Source: Callorhinchus milii
Taxonomy: Eukaryota
DNA length: 64,000 bases
NCBI RefSeq assembly: GCF_018977255.1
Contig: NW_024704743.1
Location: forward strand, 41,232,001 to 41,296,000
Reading direction: 5' to 3'
The position numbers and the translations under genes were made by a program. Below are positions 13,315 through 26,254 of the stretch, in pieces. The notes under the pieces are model-generated. The model was not told where the DNA came from. It searched no databases and was given only the letters and a program-made list of their open reading frames with translations. Each line of letters starts with the position of its first letter. Positions within the stretch are counted from its first letter, which is position 1.

Positions 13315-15790
13315 AATAACAACAACTTGGATTTATATAGTGCCTTCCACGCTGGACGGCGTTTCAGCGCTTCACATTAACGGATGGGGCCGAGGCAGTG
13401 GGAGTGGAGGAAGATGACCAAAGATGCAGTCAAAAAGAAAAGACCTGAAAATAGGAAGAAAGGGGATGAGGTGAAGGGAGTGAGGAAGGAAGTTCCAGAG
13501 CCTCGGGGAGTAGTGGCTGAAGGCACAGCCGCCGAGGGTGGAGCGGAGGACTCAGGGGACAAAGAGGAGGCCAGACCCGGTGGAACGAAGACATCGGGCA
13601 CTGTTTTGAGGAGAGAGGAGGTCAGGGAGGTAGGGGCGTGGAGAGGAGTGGAGGGATTTGAAGACGCGGGTGAGGATCTTGAACTTGATCCTCTCTGGGA
13701 CAGGCAGCCAGTGTAGTCTGGCAATGATTGGGGTAATCGGGGAATGGAGTTTGGTACGGGTGAGAATGCGGGCGGCAGAGTTTTGTATAATCTGGATTTT
13801 ATGGATGGTAGTGGAGAGGAGGCAGGCGAGGAGGGCATTAGAATAGAGGAGCCGAGAGGTGACAAAGGCATGGACCAGGGTTTCTACGACTTTTGGAGAG
13901 AGGTATTGGCAGAGACGGGCGATGCGTCGAAGATGGAAGAAAGCTTTGCTGGTGAGGGACCGGATGTGGGGAGGAAGGATGATTGGGGGTCGAAACTGAC
14001 GCCTAGGTTGCATACGGTTTCAGAGAGTTTTAGCGGGAGGTTGGGTAGATGGAGGAGGTGAGAGCCGTGAGATTTTAGATATTGACGAGAGCCAAAGAGT
14101 ATGGCTTCTGTTTTGTCAATGTTCAGCTGAAGCAAATTTGCGCTCATCCAGCCCCTGAGATCTGACAGGCAGGCTGACAGGACATCAGGGGACTGGGGGT
14201 CCCAAAGTGAGGTGGAAAAATAGAGTTGGGTATCTTCCGCGTAAATGTGAAAATGTACCCCATGTCTGCGGATGACATCCCCAAGAGGAAGCGTTTAGAT
14301 CAGAAAGAGGAGGGTGCCAAGGATTGATCCTTGGGGTACCCCGCAGTTAATCAGGTGAGAGCGGGAGGAGTTGCCGTTTGTGCAGATGTACTGCTGGCGG
14401 TTTGTGAGGTAGGACTCGAACCAGGCGAGTGCGGTCCCATTGAAGTGGATGACGGAGGACAGGCGGTTGAGGAGGATGGCGTATCGAACGCGGCGGAGAG
14501 GTCCAGGAGGACAAGGAGGCAGATGGAGCCCTGATCACAGACAGAGAGGATGTCGTTTGTGACTTTCACAAGCACAGTCTCTGTATTGTGGGCAGAGCGG
14601 AAACCAGATTGGAGGGGTTCCAAATGGGAGTGGGAGGAGAGGTGTGCGTGGACTTCATTTGCAACAACCCATTCTAGGACCTTTGCGAGGCAGGTTAAAG
14701 ATAGGGCGGTAGTGGCTGGGGTTTGAGGGACCTAGGGAAGGTTTTTTAAGGCTGGGGCAGGAGGAGAGGGACTTGTTGGTGAACATCAGCCAGTAGTGGG
14801 CAGAGGAGGGGGAGCTGGGTGACCAGCAAGTTGGTGGGGAAGGGGTCGAGGCAGCAGGTGGTGGGTTTCATGGAGGTGTTTGTGAGTGAGAGGGAGGAGG
14901 GAGAGATGGGGAGGAAGGAATGTAGAATGCGGGTCATGGTAGGAGCTGATGATGCGGAGGGTCAGGGGAATGGAAAGGGCATGGTGGTGGGTGACAAGAA
15001 ACAGGTGGATGAGGCTGCCTGGCGGATGTTGTGAATTTTAGATTGAAAGAAGTCCATGACCTCCTCGCACTTGGCATTTGATACAAAGATTGAAGAGGCC
15101 CGAGGGGGGGCACGGAGGAGGTAGTAGTTGGTGCAAAAAAGGATTTTAGGATTGTGCTTAGCCTGCAAGATGATGTTGGAGTAGAAGGCAGTTTTAGCAC
15201 GTGTCAAAGAACGGCGGTAGCTGTGGAGATGCTCGAGGGACAGTTGGCGAGGACTGTCAGGCCAGTTTTCCGCCATCTGCACTCGAGCAGCCGGGTTTGG
15301 GATTTTAGGCAGCGAAGATGGTTGTTGGACCAGGGGGATTGGGTGGGTTTGGAGATGATCCTTGATTTCAGGGGGACGAGGGAGTTGAAGTTGGAGGAGA
15401 GGCGATTATGGAGCAGCTGGACGGTTGCTTCAGGATCTCCGCGGGTGGACGGCACAGAGGGATAAGATATTTAATGATGTGAGGGCCTTTGTGAGGATCT
15501 CAGGGTGTAGACCTTTGCAAAGGGGGTGGAGAATGGTTGAGGGCTTGGTGGAGGAGAGAGGGATGTGAGAGGAGAAGGAGATGAGGAAGTGGTCCAAGAT
15601 GGCCTTGTGCACTATGCTAAGGTCGAATATGTCAAGTCCATGTGTGATAACGAGGTCAAGGGCATGACCATGGTTGTGAGTGGGTGATTTTATGTGAAGC
15701 GTGAGGTTTAGGGAGGAGAGGAGGGCAATGAAGTCAGCAGAAGTGGTGCAAGGGGAGTTTAGATGGAGGTTGAAATCGCCCATTATGAGC
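13315..15790 (-). mobile_element. 5'-truncated L2 LINE (end of APE domain through RT and 3' tail), frameshifted
   Basis: MGDFNLHLN, THNHGHALDLVIT, QSGFRSAHNTETVLVKVTND, LDLSAAFDT, LHWLPVPERIKFKIL; catalytic motif mutated to YAED; (TTG)n tail; colinear with 53353-56500. Confidence 0.95.
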
Positions 15791-17112
15791 AATTATCAGT
15801 TATCATAATATGCTAAGTTATCTACACAGTTTGTATCATACATTTTGGGATTGAAAGCAATTATTTTAATATGATATGTTAAAAGGGTATTACTTCAACA
15901 GCTGAAAGACACGCAGGTTTTGAAAGTTCACCTCCAAAATCCACAGTCACTGGACTTCACAGAGAATCCTGTAAAGTGCTTTGAGACATCAACCTGACCC
16001 GAAAGGTACTGTATCAAATATAGAGATCTTTAGTCATAAGGTGATGGTATAAGATGAATTGTGAGAGTCAACAGACCAATCTTAAATTAGGGATATGTGA
16101 GGATACTTTGCAGTTTTGCTTTGGGAATTGGGGTACATGCATGTAAAATCTTCCACTCCAGAGATTGAGTGGTTTGAGTGTTAGCCACTATGAGTTTCTA
16201 CAAGGTAGGTAAGAAGGAGCAGGTTTTTCTCCCCCAGATTATGCTTTCTTATTATCTATTGAAAGGCTGGGAGCAACATGTAAAATGACATTAGTTATGC
16301 AAGGTCCTATTATGAACTTTGATTATTATGTATTGTATCATTAGTGTAATTCCGTCTTGTAAAATTACAAGTCAAAAGAGAATTATTATCCAAGATATCA
16401 GGTTATGCCATAAGACATCTCATTTGTATTCATTATCCAAAAGATCTTCTTTTAAAATTCAGTGAAATGGACATGCTTTAGTGTATTTCCTCTATTTTGT
16501 AAAATGTATTTTGAATATTTTGGTGCAAGAATGAGTGCTGACACCTTTCCAAATTACTGGCCTGGCAGCAAGAGAGAGTTCAATTAGTATCATCACAGAA
16601 GAAACTCAAGCACTTGAGCTGATTGAGTTATATCTCTACTAGAGTGAATTAAGCTTCCTTGTCATGCTCTATATCTCCTCTAAGGCAATACCGCCAAATG
16701 ATACCATCATCTTTGAATGTTTTCACCAAAATACATTTTACAAAGTGACAGAAAGATTAAAATAAGAAAAGGATGTTAAAGTTAATAAACCAACTGATAA
16801 ATCCAGATGTCAAATTATGTGGAAAAGAAATCTTAACTGTGTTCACTGATAATTATGCTTGCACTCAAATATTGTGTTAACTACTGAGACAAATAATAAA
16901 AAATCTGATTGTGAAAATCTGGCATAACAGTTGTTGAACATCAGTTCCCCAGTCACAGCTCATTTGGATGAAAAATTTCATCCAGTGTAGCTACACAATG
17001 GAAGACTCAAATTAAACATTACTAACACTACACTTTAAAGTGATTCCTGTGAAGAGCTTTGAGATGTCATCCCTATGTGAAAGGCCCTGTATAAAACGCA
17101 AGCGTTATTACC

Positions 17113-17370
17113 ATAATAATAATGATAATAATAATAATCCTTGCTTTTGATATAGCGCTTTTCATGTCTTCTAGAGTCTCAAAGTACTTCACCGAATATA
17201 CTGTAAAGTGAATTGACTGTATATTTGTGGGCGAAATGCGGCAACCAATTGTGCACAGCAGTGTCTCACAAACAGTCGTGGATTGAAATAACTAATTTAT
17301 TATTGTGTTTTTTTTGGAGGGATTATTATTGGGCGTGTGGAGTAAGGAAACTTGCCCAAGGTTTCACCCT
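17113..17370 (-). mobile_element. CORE-like/Deu SINE, short form, 5' truncated
   Basis: Antisense ccttgggcaagtttccttactccaca, Deu body and (TTA)n tail. Confidence 0.85.
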
Positions 17371-17461
17371 ATGTATGGTATTCTATTACCTAATTATTAG
17401 CAGAAAATATGTAAGTACCAATATAGTGTTTTAGAAATTTGACAATTACACTTTTCACACT

Positions 17462-18050
17462 ACAACAACAACAACAAAAACACTGTCTTTTTTTAATATA
17501 GCGCTTTTCACCCGGAGTAGCATCCCAGAACCCTTGACAATGGTGGAGTCTGAAACCAAGCCAGAGAGAGAGAGGGAGGGGGGAGGTGACCATAATCACA
17601 ATCAAAAAGGAAGGACTTTAGGTGGGATTTGAAAATAGGGAGGGAGGGGGCAAGGCAGAGGGATTCAGGGAGAGTGTTCCAGAGTTTTGGGGCATAGTGG
17701 TTGAAGGCACAGCGACTGATGGTGGAAGCGGAGGGGATGAGGGACAATCAGGATACTGGAGCCAGCAAAGCGGAGGCAGTGGGTGGTGGAGTGGGGGGAA
17801 AGCAGATTGGATAGATAGGGAGGTGCGAGGGCATGAATGGATTTGGAAGCAAGTGAGACGATCTTGAAATCCACTTGGTAATTGGGAACCAGTAGAGCCT
17901 GGCAAGGGCTGGTGTGATGGGGCCACTGTGTTTTGTGCGGGTGAGTATCTGGGCAGTTGAGTTTTAATTAGTTGAATTTTGTGTATGGTGGATCTGGGGA
18001 GAACAGTGAGGAGGATATTAGAATAGTCCAGTCGGGAAGTGACGAAAGCT
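17462..18050 (-). mobile_element. L2 LINE 3' fragment
   Basis: DFKIVSL..IHALAPPYLSNLL and APKLWNTLP..FKSHLKSFLF translations; (TTG)n tail. Confidence 0.88.
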
Positions 18051-18702
18051 CATCGCATCATTTATTGTTTCCACAAAAGCCAAGTGCTTAAACAGCAACT
18101 CCTTTAAATTAGTTATTGGCATACTTTTTTTTGCTTTAAAAGTGCAACAAATAAGCTCTGAATCATTTAAGGTAGATCTATATATGGATCATAAATCATT
18201 AATGATCATTAGTTGCAGCAGCTACAGGGAAAAAATCTTTAAGTAAAGCTGTTCTGCTGCTAAATCAAATAATTGAACCCCAAGTCTGACCAGGTCTATG
18301 GAGACTATATTACAGAGTAACTACATTAGTTGTATACATTTTCAGCTCCTGAAAATGATGCTGAAAAGAATTACTGTCACAATATAATCCTTTAGGCAAA
18401 CTCACGTATCAGGAAAAGTTTTATAGAAACAATCCTGACCTGATTTTTCCTCTTTGCTATCAGCTTACAACTGTCCCTTTTGGATCATTGTAACGTTTTT
18501 AAAAAAAAAGTGATTTTTGAACTTTGAAGGGATATTTTGTTTTAAAACTTAAAAAAGGACCTGTGGTCATTGAAACTTGATTTACATAATGCTGATGGAT
18601 CAGTTCATTTCATTTCAGGAGCAGAGTTCCAGATTAATCAAATAATTATACAGAGCAAGTGTTACAGCTATATTTGTACACTACATGGACCTCCACCCCT
18701 CC

Positions 18703-19112
18703 TCAGCCTGACTCAACTGGTAGCACTCTTGCCTCTGAGACAGAAGGTGTTGGGTTCAAGCCCCAGGTCAGGACCTTCAACTCACATAGTCTGGGCTAAC
18801 ACTCAAAAGCAATGCTGCGGTAACGCTGTATTGTTTGACGTTCTGGCCTGTGGATGAAATTTTAAACTGAAGTCCCATCTGCCTGCTGAGGTGGATGTTA
18901 AAAGTTTTGTGGCACTATTCAAAAAACAGAAAAAAGGAGTTTCTCCTGGTATCGCTGTCAACAATCCTCCAGATAACATTGATTATTAACTTCATGGCTT
19001 TTTGTGGAACACTGATGTGCAAATTGGCTGCTGAGTTTGGCTACAAGATACAAAGTTACTACGCTTTACAATAAATCATGTGAACCTTGAAAATGCAAAT
19101 GCAAGGATTGTT
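18703..19112 (+). mobile_element. Deu-domain SINE (SacSINE1-like)
   Basis: Head ggtagcactcttgcctctgagacagaaggtgttgggttcaagcccc; body gtgcaaattggctgc; tail aatgcaaggatt. Confidence 0.8.
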
Positions 19113-20283
19113 ATAGTCTCCTTTCTTCATTCCCCTCTATTCTCTTCTCCCTCATGTACGCATCAAGTTGCTTCTTAAAATAAGAAAAGGATGTTCTTGA
19201 TTTTGATTCAACCACAGCTTCCATCAGTGAGTTCCAAATTCTCACCAACATTTGCATTATGACTTTGTCCTATATCTTCCTTTAGATCTGCTACTGGCAA
19301 TCTTATACTTAAGATCCCTTGATGCCTTTTAAATCAATTCCTTTTTAAACTTGATTTATACTTCACAGTTAGTGTTGATTTTGATGCAAAGACACAGTTG
19401 AGTTAACATTAACTGTGCAGCCTAAATAGGGTAAATAAATCTTCCCAGAGAGATAAATAATCAAAGGTAAAAGGTTTAAAATGATGGAAGTCTGTGAAAT
19501 TTTTCCCAACCCCCAAAGGTAATTAAGTAAAACCTGCAGTAGATGAATCTCCCACTACTATATGCACCATTCAACCCTGACTGGTTGCATTTCAAATTCT
19601 GAATGGATGGGAACAACAAATTTGAATTTTATACACCCTAGAAATAATATTTATGGCAACAAAAAAAAATGTTTGTCATTACTATTACAGTCTTTTGAAG
19701 CAAAAACATTTTTAAGCTCTAATCCTATCAATTTAAGAAGATTTCAGTGATTATAAAACAAATAAAGATTCTTTCTATTATTCTGACATCATGTAATAAT
19801 TAGATACTGTGAGCGGCACTCTGAAACAAAACGATTTGGTACACTGTTCCACATGTCACTTCTCAGGAAGCGCTTTAAGTTGAAGGGTAACAGTAAGCAA
19901 AGTCATTTGGGAAGGTAATTTAGGACTTTTACCAGAGATGCTGCTGAAACATCTTTGGCTCTGAATTCCACCTACTCTGTAACGACCATTTTGCATTAAT
20001 TTTAAAATTACACAGAATTGTGGAAAATTCTTCAATACAGCCTTAAATTGGAGGCTTGTTCTACTCAAGAGCTGCAGAAAGACATCTTCCAATTTAATCC
20101 TGAATTTAAGAATTTTCCACATTTATGCGTAATTTTTAAATGCTAAGAAAAATTAGTCTGAAAGAAAGCTAAAAGATAATTTTGGGCTTATTTCAGGCTT
20201 TTTAAGTATTTTTAAGTACTGCACTCTCAGCTCTGAAATATTTTAGAGAACACCCTGAAATGCTAGTCATGAACAAACAAATG

Positions 20284-20629
20284 CTTAGAGCACTCGCCTC
20301 GCAGGTGAGAGACCTGGGTTCTATTCCCGGCAAGGCAAAATGTTGGGCAAGTTTCCTTACTCCACACGCCTCTGTTTACCTAGCAGTAAATAGGAACCTG
20401 GTTATTAGTCGATTGGTGGATCGCTTTTCCGGGGATAATAAACCTTAAAAGAAAGCAATAATTTGGTCACTCAATCCACGACTGTTTGTGGGACACTGCT
20501 GTGCCAATTGGCAGTTGTGTTTCACCCACAAATATACAGTCAATTCACTGAACAGTATAGTCTGTGAAGCACTTTGAGTCGTCTTGAAGACATGAAAACC
20601 TCTATATCAAATGCAAGGATTATTATTAT
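20284..20629 (+). mobile_element. CORE-like/Deu SINE, long form
   Basis: tRNA-like head, ttgggcaagtttccttac, cctctgtttacctagcagtaaatagg segment, Deu body, L2-type tail. Confidence 0.88.
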
Positions 20630-21154
20630 AAATGGGTGGTTGGCTAACAGTGGGTTAGACACTGTTTTTTCACCACTGATCCCTGGGTTTAAATCCATTT
20701 TTTGGTCTCAACAACAACAACAAATTACCTCGGGAGGACTTCCCGAAGCGCTGGATCTCTTCCATATTCTGGAATAAAAATTATGATATGCTAATTCACA
20801 CTTAAAGTGATAACATTTAAGGTGTTGAGGAATGAAACCTGACAATAACAATGATGAATGCAAGCCCTGGTCGTTCATTAAGCTAAAGGCAGACCCTCTC
20901 CTCCGATTCCCTCCTGCCCGACAGACTTTACAATAGTTATACTAAAAAGCCAGCTGCACTGTACTTTGGACGTCACATCAGTCACATAGAAAGGGTAGGT
21001 AGGAGAGGGCTGCAGATCTAATACACTTGAGAAATTGACAACATTTTAATCATATTATCAGACTATTTTTTCTTATGGTGTGTTAAACAACACATCAAAT
21101 AAAACATCTTTTATCAATAATATTAGGTAAGTTTGGACAGGATCAAGCTACCTC

Positions 21155-21583
21155 ATCTGGATTAGTTGGAAGTACTCTCATCTTTAATGCAGAAGGTTAA
21201 GGTTTCAAGCCCCATGTTGGGACTTTGAGCTCATATAGTTCAGGCTGACTCGTCAAAGCAGTTTTGGGATGTGCTACATTGCTCGAAGTACCATACTTCA
21301 GATGAGAAGTTAAATCAATGTCCTGCCCACCTTTTCAGGTGGATTTTAAAGATCTCATGGCACTATTTGAACAAAGGGAGTTTTTCCTGGTGTCCTGATC
21401 AACAAATAAAATTGATCACTCACAATATTTGAGGGACATGCTATGCATAAATTGTCTGTTGCGTTTGCCTAAAAATGTATTTACAGCAAATCTGTTGAGA
21501 TATCCTCTAGAAAAGCACTATATCAAATGCAAGGATTAATATTATATTATTATATTATAGTTATTATATTATATTATTATTAT
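21155..21583 (+). mobile_element. Deu-domain SINE with expanded AT-rich tail
   Basis: Colinear with 18703 and 32271; ends aatgcaaggattaatattatatt... Confidence 0.75.
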
Positions 21584-21589
21584 TTACTT

Positions 21590-22010
21590 CAGAATGGGTG
21601 TGAACTCATAGCAATGGTGTGGGGTGAGGGAGGTGCGGGGGGCAAGCATGGCTGAAAATGTAGTCAAATAGAAAGTTTTGAGGAAGACCTTGAAGGAGGG
21701 GAGGGAAGGAGTGAACCGAAGTGATACAAGGCTGAAGATCCAGGGAGTGGGGGCAGATATGCTAAAAGCCCAACTGCTGATGGTGGGGCGGGTTTGGCAG
21801 GAAATATAAAGCAGGCTGGTACCCGCTGAGTGGAGGGAGCGAGTGGATTGGTAGTGTTTGAGGAGGTCAAAGTGTGACCAGACCATGGAAGGATTTAAAG
21901 GTTAGGATGAAGATCTTGTACTCGATCCGCTAGGGGATGGAAAGCCAGTGGAGCCGAGCAGAGTTCTGGATAGTCTGAAGCTTGTGCATGGAAGAGATGG
22001 GTAGTCTTCC
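21590..22010 (-). mobile_element. L2 LINE 3' fragment
   Basis: Antisense ctccactggctt...gatcgagtacaagatc; SLPSFKVFLKTF translation. Confidence 0.8.
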
Positions 22011-22348
22011 TGGAGTTTTACCATCTAAAGTCACGCAGCTTGTAAACTTGTAAGCTTCCTGCTGCTTGTCCAGTTAGGGCCACACTGCTCATTAGGGCTT
22101 TGACTCGCAGGGTTAACAGGAACTTAAAGGCAAAAATCTCTTTTGTCAGTGACTGGACTGCTCCTCTAAGCCTGTTTCCAACTCAGGCTGGCTGGTCTGT
22201 CATAGAATCTATAGACATATAGAAATTTATATCTCAAAAGAAAGTAACTTGGTCCACTTTGTCTGTACTGAATCTTTAAACAAACAAATCATTCAGTCCC
22301 ATTTATTTGCCTTTTCTCCATAGGCCTGCAAAGTTCTCTTTCTTAAAT

Positions 22349-22703
22349 GGTTACGTCACTTGTCTCGCAAGTGAGAGGATCTGGGTTCGATTCCCGGGCA
22401 ATGCGATATGTTGAGCAAGTTTCCTTACTCCACACACCTCTGTTTACCCAGCAGTAAGTAGGAATCTGGTTGTTAGGCGATTGATGGATCGCTTTTCCTG
22501 GGTTAATAGTGCCTTCAAAAAGTAATGATAATAATTTGGTCACTCAATCAATGACTGTTTGTGGGACATTGCTGTGCGCAATTGGCTCCTGTGTTTTGCC
22601 CATAAAATACATAGTTAATTCACTTCACAGAATATTCAGTGAAGCACTTTGAGACATCTTGAAGATATGATAAGGAGCCGTATAAAATGTAGTTTATTAT
22701 TAT
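22349..22703 (+). mobile_element. CORE-like/Deu SINE, long form
   Basis: Box B ggttcgattccc; colinear with 20284-20629. Confidence 0.88.
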
Positions 22704-23414
22704 ATCTAGGAATGCAAATTGTGGCCTGATTAAAGATCACTTAACCCAATGGAGGTTCATGCATGTTTACAGGGAGAGGTCCCCTTACATCCTTATAAAT
22801 CACCAAGTCATCGATTCTCTCTGCTGTCTCTAGATTGATGATCTTTTACACACCTGCCATTCCCCGTAACTTAACCCTATTGATCAAAGTGACACGTCAT
22901 ACACACGCATAGCGCTGCCTTCTAGTGACCTATCACCTCAGACCTTTTTATCACAGTCACCAGTCACTTAGACCCATGGCCCTGCCGAATGTAATCACCA
23001 CCATTATTAATAGTCTCTTTTACAGTGACTGCTACAGAGGATCATTTTGATTCTAATATTCCATTGCTTGCGCAGGTCAGCTCACAGCGAGCAAAACCCC
23101 AAGGATGCCCTGACTAACTCCTCTTGCCCACAGCCCCAAGAAGGATACTCATACAATGAAAGGTAACCTTATTTTCTGAAGATCTTGCAAAATTGCTTAT
23201 TCTGTGTGGGATTCAAATCCTAATGACAAGTGGAAAATTAAATGAGGTGTGAACTGTGTACAGCACTCAGCCTTGTCTAACTACTCCATTTGGGTTGTTT
23301 TAATTCAATACCTGTCTGGCAGTATGCTGAAATATAGAGCCTATTCATGGAATATTTCAAACAAGTTTGCTAACTGTCACATTATTACATTACATAATGT
23401 ATCTTTAATAACGA

Positions 23415-23812
23415 TAAAATAATCCTTATATTTCATATAACACCTTTCACATCAGGACGTCTCAAAGCACTTCACAGGTGTTACTGTCGTGGTTACTGAC
23501 TTTGTATTTGTAGCTGATTGCAGCAACCATTTGAGCACAGTAATGCCGCACAAACAGCAATGAAGTGAATGACTGATTTTTACAAAAAGATTGTTGCCAG
23601 GACAATGGGAAAAACAATGTCCTCTTTTCAATGAGTTGACCTGAATAGGCAGTCAGGATCTCAGTGTAACATCTCATCCGACAATGCAACACTCTCCCAA
23701 AACACATTGGAGAATCCACCTAGACTACAAATGTGGGTTTGGACACAGTCCTGATGTGGGGTTTCAATTGAGCAATCTTCTGACCCAAAGTACTGCCAAC
23801 TAAGTCAGCCTA
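23415..23812 (-). mobile_element. Degraded Deu-domain SINE
   Basis: Antisense tail acgtctcaaagcacttcacag and body gcagcaaccatttgagcacag. Confidence 0.65.
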
Positions 23813-24630
23813 ACACCTTAATTGACATTATAATAAATACATTTGATATAGTGCCTTTTACATTAGGAGGATATCTAAACTTCTAAGCTTCACAAAATAC
23901 ACTATAGTTTGTGATGACTGTGTATTTTCTAGGCTAAATTATTATGATATTATGCCTCACCACATCTCAAAGTTTTCTCCCATAAAGAGTTATTTTGAAA
24001 TGTAGTGAGCCTATTACTTGCACGAAGATGCAACTGTGATCAGAAAGATAGAGTTGGAAAGTGGGATGAGTAATAAAAAAAATGCTTTTGAAATAAATAG
24101 ATCATGCCGGCAGAGACATAATAGGTTGATTGGCTTCATTTGTGGCAGAAATATCTGTCTCTCCTGATGTATTCCACATTTGGTCCTGCTTACTAGGCTC
24201 CCACTAGACTATGTGGAGCTCCCACAGACTTGTTTTATTGCACGATTGAAATCATAATTTCTGCCCCAGGAGGTAAGAATTTGGAACCACATATGAGACT
24301 TTATTTCTGTCAAGTATTGCTGCATGTTTCAGGCAAAAGACATTATATTCTAATCAGTGGAACTATTTTTTCTTTGAAAATTTGTTTACAGATTATGTTC
24401 AAAGTGTAAACATTTCAAAGTCTTTGACACAAAAATAGGCTAATTAATACTTTTTTCCAGCTGAACTAAAAAGTCAATGACTAACACCATCTTTGCTTCA
24501 CGTTTTTTAACTTTATCTTTCAGCATTTCTGATGTTTTAAGGCATGGTATACTCAGATACATTAGAAGAAACAGTAAATCGTACTGCACTTTTCATATAT
24601 CGTCCACTTGTCTGCAGTGTTGGTTATTAG

Positions 24631-24907
24631 AATTAAAATAGAAGTCGCTGGGAACACATAACAGATCAGACAGCATCTATGGAGAGAGGAAAATTAGTTA
24701 ACGTTGCAGGTCAATATCCTTTCAGGTTGATATCCTTAGAAGGGTACATGTGTACTGACTTTGAAGGGTTCTGATGAAATGTTATTGACCTGAAATGTTA
24801 ACTCATTTTCCTGTCTCCATAGAAGATACCTGACTTGCTGTGTGTTCCCAGCAACTTCTGTTTTCATTTCAGATCTCCAGCATCTTCAGTATTTTGCCTT
24901 TTTTTCG
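24631..24907 (+). mobile_element. Penelope-like foldback element (inverted terminal-repeat copies)
   Basis: Inverted arms ~24631-24725 and ~24771-24868; 12-bp direct repeat gttggttattag at 24619-24630 and 24908-24919. Confidence 0.75.
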
Positions 24908-26254
24908 GTTGGTTATTAGGTTAGATTTGAATGGCATGCTTACCCATGTATGCTGTTCAATAGCAGAGGTACTCTAGCCAAGAGATACTCAACGATACCT
25001 TTTAAAAACTGACCCAAATTTTATCCCCCACGCAAGTTGCCCTCTATTAGCATTCTGGTTGAGAAATGTAAAACTCATCATGTATACCGTACAGCTAATG
25101 AGTTTCTCACCCACGGCAGGGGTATGAACTCAAAACATCACAAATTATTTGTCTTAACCCTTACTTTACTGTTCTGCTCCCAGAGTCTCCTTTATTCCTT
25201 GATGTTGTCTATCTTTATTTTCTCTGTCTCTCTCTCTCCCTCTTCTTGAGCTTTCAAAAACACCTCGGAAAAAGAATAAAACGCATAGATTAATAGAAAA
25301 CACAGTAATTACTGAGCCTCGCTGCACAAATAAGAACAAAGCAAAGGTTGTTAGATTATGTGCAGAGGAATGAGCAGGAGATGTGCATGAAAAGAAGAAA
25401 CCAATGGCTGTGGCTAGAGATTCATTAGAGCACAATGTGGGATGACAGGAGTGAAATAATTAAAGAAAAAGGGTGATGTGGCATTAAGGTTGGGTGACTT
25501 CCAGATACTAATGAAATTAACATAGCAATTCTTAAGGTTAAAGCAATTACAGTAGAAAAATTTCCCACACTAAGGTCATCTGAGTTTCAGTTAAGTGTCA
25601 TTTACCAGCTGTTTATATGATATAATTAAAAATCCATAACCCCAAGTCGAGCAACAAAAAGGCCTTTCATCACTTGGTGTAATTGCGGTAGATGTTTGTC
25701 CTTTCGGTGTAATGCCAGGCCAGATGAGAATTATCAGAAATAGGAGAAAGTAACACTTCCACCAGCTCCACAAAGGATCAGATTGAGTCATCTTTAAATT
25801 CAAATGCTTGCTCAGATGCAAAGCAATTCTCACTCACCCCACAGCAATTTACTATAATTGCAGCAGAACAAATCCTATTTAGGTTCCTTTGTGGACCATA
25901 ATTTCAATCCAGAATAATTCATGGTCACTTTTTTGCCCTCTTTTTATAATTTCAAAGTGGCTTACCAACAGCTACCCAAAGATTTCTTTCCAGAAGTGAG
26001 TGATTTATATAACTCTTTATGTCCAGCAGGTGTCTCTAGTGCTTGCTGTACAGGATCTTGATTGTCATTTGCATTCAGAGCATGAGAATGTCTGATGACA
26101 TGATTCTGAGCCAACAGATTGCAGTAGAAGAAGAGAGCACAGGACTGAGGAATGCAAAGGACAGACATCAGGAAGTAAAACCTTTGTTTAGACAGAAGTT
26201 AATTAATGATTGGAACAGGTTACCAGGAACAGTAGATTCACCCTATCCTTATAC

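Noticed and set aside
13384..15465. Plus-strand Gly/Arg/Glu-rich ORFs
   Set aside because: Antisense shadows of the minus-strand L2
22092..22124. Telomere-like TTAGGG/AGGGTTA motifs
   Set aside because: Isolated hexamers within repeat B, not a tandem array
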